A program made the position numbers and the translations under genes. A model generated the notes under the pieces. That model was not told the DNA's origin. It was given only the letters and a program-made list of their open reading frames with translations, and did not search any database. DNA of 55,725 bases, filler included, from Stramenopiles sp. TOSAG23-2 (Eukaryota), in NCBI GenBank assembly GCA_900128395.1. It is 3 parts of 3 records of this genome, joined end to end, with 100 filler letters (N's around TTAATTAATTAA, not from the genome) between each part and the next. Parts side by side here need not be neighbours in the genome. Positions count along the whole stretch, not along the records: positions 37,426 to 55,725 come from LT649609.1; 2 more parts are not named here. The stretch is one strand, 5' to 3'. This document shows positions 51,622 through 55,725 of this stretch, in pieces (the first letter of the stretch is position 1; every line of letters starts with the position of its first letter).

Positions 51622-54141
51622 ATGCCAAGGAAGAAAATTGTTTTTCCAACAAAACCTCGTCGCGTTCGGAGGAGCACTAAGCAAGGAAAATTACGTTTGA
51701 AAGAATTACGTGAAAAACGTAGGGACCGTGCACAGTGGCAATCTAAAGTCGATATATCACGTCATCATAAAGCAGGCACTCCAATAAATGTTTCAAACGT
51801 CAATGGTGCTTTAGAGTATGTCCCACGTATTGCTATTATTGGTGGTGGTGCTGGAGGCTTGGTATCGTTACGTTATTGTTTAGCAGCAGGTTTAAATGCA
51901 ACATTATTTGAACAAAGTGAAGGTATTGGTGGCGTTTGGCGTTATGATAAAAATATTTCAAACAATTTCGTTAAAAAAAGCAGTATGGATAAGGTCAACA
52001 ATAATAATAAAGATCAAATACTTCCAGTATTATCGCCACTGCATAAATCTCCGATGTACGAAGCTCTTATAACAAATTTACCAAAAGAAATAATGGCTTT
52101 TTTTGACTTTCCTTTTAAATCAGATTTACCATCTTTTATAACTCATGAAGATATGTTATCGTACTTATATGAATATGCATATCATAACCATTTAATGGAG
52201 CATATCCAATGTTCAAAGCGATTGTTAAGAATGTGGCAACAAGAAAAGACGGAAGCGGACACGATCAATAGGAAGAAAGATAGCAGTGTAGTAAACAATG
52301 GGATGGAAGAAGCCACAGACGACAATGTTAATGAATTGCCAATCATTAAAGTAGATGCACAAAAATGGATGTTGGAGTTCGATGGTCACGATAATAAATA
52401 TGGGTATACAACAACTCACAATTTTGATGCTGTCATAATAGCAAATGGGCATTATAATCGTCCATATATGCCGCAAATTAATGGTTCAAACACATTTCCT
52501 GGTCGTATTTTACATAGTATTGATTTTCAACATGGAAAGGATTTCGAAAATAAAATCGTATTGATATTGGGAGCAAAAGCATCTGGGACAGATATTGCAT
52601 TGCAAATTAAAAAATATGCCGTGAAAGTTTATGTATGCGATAAATATTTTAATGAGGATGATCAAGTTAAGTTTAAGGAGTTACATTCGCATGAAAACGT
52701 TTCTAATATATTCTGGCATAGCAATGTTGATAGATTTAATATTGATGGTAGTGTAGATACAGTTCAAGGAAATCATATTGAAAATGTTGATGTTGTGATT
52801 TATTGTACTGGTTATCAATATGATTTTCCGTTTCTAATAAACGAGGATTTTCAGGAAGGACAAACAATTGTCCACAAAAGTGGTCGACGGGTAAATAATT
52901 TATATAAACAATGCATTTACAAAAAAATACCATCGTTAGCATTTGTTGGTTTGCCATATAGCGTTATTCCATTCCAACTAGTTGAATTGCAAGCAAGATT
53001 AATCTCATCATTTTTTGCAGGCGAGATTGAACTAACTCTGGACGAACGGATGGAAGAGGGGTATGATGATGATGACGAAAATGTTTCGAATGCACATTTT
53101 TTAGGACCTCAGCAATGGGAATACTGCAAGGATTTGATAGAGTTAGTGAATCCAGCTGTTAATTTGATCGATGGTGATTATGATGGTAATAAGTACGAGG
53201 ACGTAATCTCAGGAGTTAATGAGAGAGTTGTTCATAGTAAAATGACGATAAGTTCTGATATCGAGAAAGAGAAGCAAAGCGATGAGGTTACATTTATCCC
53301 ATATAATATACCATCTAAGGAAGAACTCATGTCTACTATTGGAATGAATCATGAAATTTGGCAACATGTTTCATCGAATCGCCCGAAGCATGTTGGAGGT
53401 GATGCCACTTACAGAAATATATTCTATAATATTAAAGAGATTGTTGACAAGGATGATGCTTTACAAAAATCGTGGAACATATTGAATGACAAGGAAAGTA
53501 AAGAGCGAAAAATAGAACTTAAAGAATATTACGATAAGCTTGAAAAAAAAAAAATCGTAGAAACAACTGGATATAATGTTGAATTGAATCATTTAAAGAA
53601 AATGAAGAATTTGTTATCAAAAATGAAAAATATTGAAAGTCAATTACCAACAATACCGACTACAAAGCAGTGGGATGAGTGTTTAATTGGTATTGAACGT
53701 TGTGCATTGTGGTGGCGGGAGTTGATACCCAGTGTGGATGATCCAAAGATGTTAAAGAACTATTCAACACAATTGTGGATGTTGATACAACATGCAATGC
53801 AATCTGGACCTTTGATCAACAGTAAACCGGCATACTTTAAACGTACAGATTATATATACATCAAACGCTCTTATGAATTTTTAAGTTATATTCATAAGAT
53901 TGGCGAATTAGGATTTACAGATACACAAAAGAAAAGATTGGAAAAATTTATAAACAATTGCGAGAAGTCAATGCAGAAGGCTAATACAGATAACGATAGT
54001 GTAAATGAGATGGGTATGAACATAAATTTAAACGAAAAAATATCAAATGTTGGGAATAAAAAGAAAATGAAAAAAGATGGTAAGAAGAAAAAGAAGAAAA
54101 AAGGAAATTACAGTAAGAAAAAAGGTAAGAATAAATTATGA
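51622..54141 (+). CDS. Flavin-containing monooxygenase (class B) with basic N-terminus and extra C-terminal domain
   Basis: IAIIGGGAGG (FAD), GGVW, SPMYEALITN, DAVIIANGHY, FMO motif FPGRILHSIDF, GAKASG (NADPH), YCTGY. First ATG is at 51622. Confidence 0.9.
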   Translation: MPRKKIVFPTKPRRVRRSTKQGKLRLKELREKRRDRAQWQSKVDISRHHKAGTPINVSNVNGALEYVPRIAIIGGGAGGLVSLRYCLAAGLNATLFEQSEGIGGVWRYDKNISNNFVKKSSMDKVNNNNKDQILPVLSPLHKSPMYEALITNLPKEIMAFFDFPFKSDLPSFITHEDMLSYLYEYAYHNHLMEHIQCSKRLLRMWQQEKTEADTINRKKDSSVVNNGMEEATDDNVNELPIIKVDAQKWMLEFDGHDNKYGYTTTHNFDAVIIANGHYNRPYMPQINGSNTFPGRILHSIDFQHGKDFENKIVLILGAKASGTDIALQIKKYAVKVYVCDKYFNEDDQVKFKELHSHENVSNIFWHSNVDRFNIDGSVDTVQGNHIENVDVVIYCTGYQYDFPFLINEDFQEGQTIVHKSGRRVNNLYKQCIYKKIPSLAFVGLPYSVIPFQLVELQARLISSFFAGEIELTLDERMEEGYDDDDENVSNAHFLGPQQWEYCKDLIELVNPAVNLIDGDYDGNKYEDVISGVNERVVHSKMTISSDIEKEKQSDEVTFIPYNIPSKEELMSTIGMNHEIWQHVSSNRPKHVGGDATYRNIFYNIKEIVDKDDALQKSWNILNDKESKERKIELKEYYDKLEKKKIVETTGYNVELNHLKKMKNLLSKMKNIESQLPTIPTTKQWDECLIGIERCALWWRELIPSVDDPKMLKNYSTQLWMLIQHAMQSGPLINSKPAYFKRTDYIYIKRSYEFLSYIHKIGELGFTDTQKKRLEKFINNCEKSMQKANTDNDSVNEMGMNINLNEKISNVGNKKKMKKDGKKKKKKKGNYSKKKGKNKL

Positions 54142-54221
54142 TTTTTTGGATTTTGTTCACACAATAATTGTCTCATGTAATATTTATTTTAAAATAATAC
54201 GCATATTACATTTTTAATTTA

Positions 54222-54560
54222 CGCATAATTTATTGTGTTTTAATTTACTCATGATAATTCCTTACTCTTCAAAAGAATACAATAACTGAAATAATCTATC
54301 TCACACTAGTGTGTTGATATTCTCATAATCGAGAATACCAATGAAGGTAAATAGATAGTATCAACTACTCATAATAGCTGATGGAAAACGTACATCATAG
54401 TCACACAAGTGTGTTGATATTCTCATAATCGAAAATACCAATGAAGGTAAATAGATAGTATCAACTACTCATAATAGCTGATGGAAAATGTACATCATAG
54501 GAAGGCGGAGAATAAATTGTACCAGGGTACAATTTATTATACGACTCACCAAATGCACAT
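54222..54560 (+). repeat. Dispersed intergenic repeat, copy 2, containing a 100-bp internal tandem duplication (54301-54500)
   Basis: Colinear with 48341-48603. Confidence 0.85.
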
Positions 54561-55037
54561 TTTAAAGCAAAACGATTATTATAGGCGCAAGTTTTAATAA
54601 TCGCGGTTTGTATATCTCTACATCATATATAAAATATATGGTTACACATCATATATATATATTAATGCATATGTAATAATATATATATAATATCATACGA
54701 ACCGCGCTTCGTACATCTTTTTTCGTATTTTTAATAAAATATTTAATATGATCCTGCTGAGCTCCGGTATCATCAAGCACACTTGTGTAAACGTTCAGTT
54801 TGAGACTACCTGTAACACTAAAACAATTCAAGGATTTCATTACAATGGGTTGCTCAAATATACCAGGTACGTATGAAATATTCATTTGCCGATTATGAAA
54901 AGACGTTGCGCCCTGTAGTAATCGATATACTTTATGATAGTGGTACTAACAAACCTCTTCAAACTCCTACTATAAGTAGTGGTAAATTACTCATAACACG
55001 TGGTGAGTATTCAATAGGTAGTGAGACACTTTCCCCG

Positions 55038-55725
55038 TCAACCAGGCTCCTTCCGGGAAGAGAGGGATGGGGAGTGGAATCGAATAATTTCGTCAAATTC
55101 GATATCACTGATTTCATCCTCATCATCAAATGTAACATCAAATTTACCATCACTTCCTATTGAATTAACATATCCTGGATATGCAGTATTTTCTTCCCAA
55201 CCGTCTCTTTCAGGGTTCATAATCCATATTCGATACCTTTCTTTTATGATGGCATCTTTTGCTAATACCATTTCATCCTCAACCATATCTTCTATCTCTT
55301 CGTCATATTCATCATGAAGTGTTACATACATTTCCCCATTTTTCTTCTTCGAATTAAATGTACATTTAAATACTTGGTTTTTTTCATATCCATCCTCTGC
55401 GTCCCACCTCCCATAAACATCTTTTAACCATACTGTATCTCCTGGGTTTAATTGTTTAGCCTTTTCTTCTTCTTCCGCTTTTTTTTTCGCAGCTGCCTCT
55501 TCTTCCTCCTCTTTACGCTTTGCTTCTGCTTCTTCCTCCTTTGTAGCAGCTAGTGATTTAAGCAATTGCATATATTTATTACGTGCGATATGGCCACGAT
55601 ATAAACTTTGTATTTTTATAGCAGCAGAAGCCTCCTCTAACCGCTTTGCTTCTGCTTCTTCCTCCTTTGTAGCAGCTAGTGATTTAAGCAATTGCATATA
55701 TTTATTACGTGCGATATGGCCACGA
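55038..55725 (-). CDS. IQ-motif repeat protein with Tudor/SH3-like C-terminal region (5' partial)
   Basis: AAIKIQSLYRGHIARNKY IQ motif within a tandem repeat unit; LNPGDTVW and AYPGYVNSIGSDGKFDVTFDD resemble Tudor/Agenet strands; the ORF runs off the window. Confidence 0.7.
   Translation of the reverse strand, partial: RGHIARNKYMQLLKSLAATKEEEAEAKRLEEASAAIKIQSLYRGHIARNKYMQLLKSLAATKEEEAEAKRKEEEEEAAAKKKAEEEEKAKQLNPGDTVWLKDVYGRWDAEDGYEKNQVFKCTFNSKKKNGEMYVTLHDEYDEEIEDMVEDEMVLAKDAIIKERYRIWIMNPERDGWEENTAYPGYVNSIGSDGKFDVTFDDEDEISDIEFDEIIRFHSPSLSSRKEPG

Noticed and set aside
54740-54875. U1 snRNA-like ATACGTACCTGG on the minus strand
   Set aside because: Mismatch in the splice-site-pairing sequence; no U1-70K loop, convincing U1A loop or Sm site.

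Overview
AT-rich, gene-dense and almost intron-free eukaryotic DNA, read with the standard genetic code. It is probably from a flagellated heterotrophic protist, possibly a stramenopile (inference from DNAAF3, an outer-dynein-arm docking-type protein and secreted glycosidases). The window is three contigs (1-18635, 18736-37325, 37426-55725) joined by artificial N/TTAATTAATTAA/N spacers, so adjacency across the gaps means nothing. About 20 protein genes are recognisable, including a USP deubiquitinase, GH5 and GH79 glycosidases, DNAAF3, RUVBL2, a RING protein, two inverted ALDH paralogs, TMEM145, an EF-hand/RCC1 protein, a CCDC151-like protein, ankyrin proteins and an FMO. Two features stand out. 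(1) A 2130-bp element (22311-24440) has ~235-bp terminal inverted repeats, Tc1/mariner-type TA|CAGT...ACTG|TA ends and no transposase, but carries an intact multi-pass membrane protein gene, which makes it a candidate gene-carrying 'Pack-TIR' element. (2) A single ORF (32514->37325) fuses two RanGAP-type LRR domains, five copies of a small helical repeat, a RanBP2-type zinc finger and FG repeats, which makes it a candidate RanGAP-nucleoporin fusion. Many 70-140 bp tandem duplications look like assembly artefacts.
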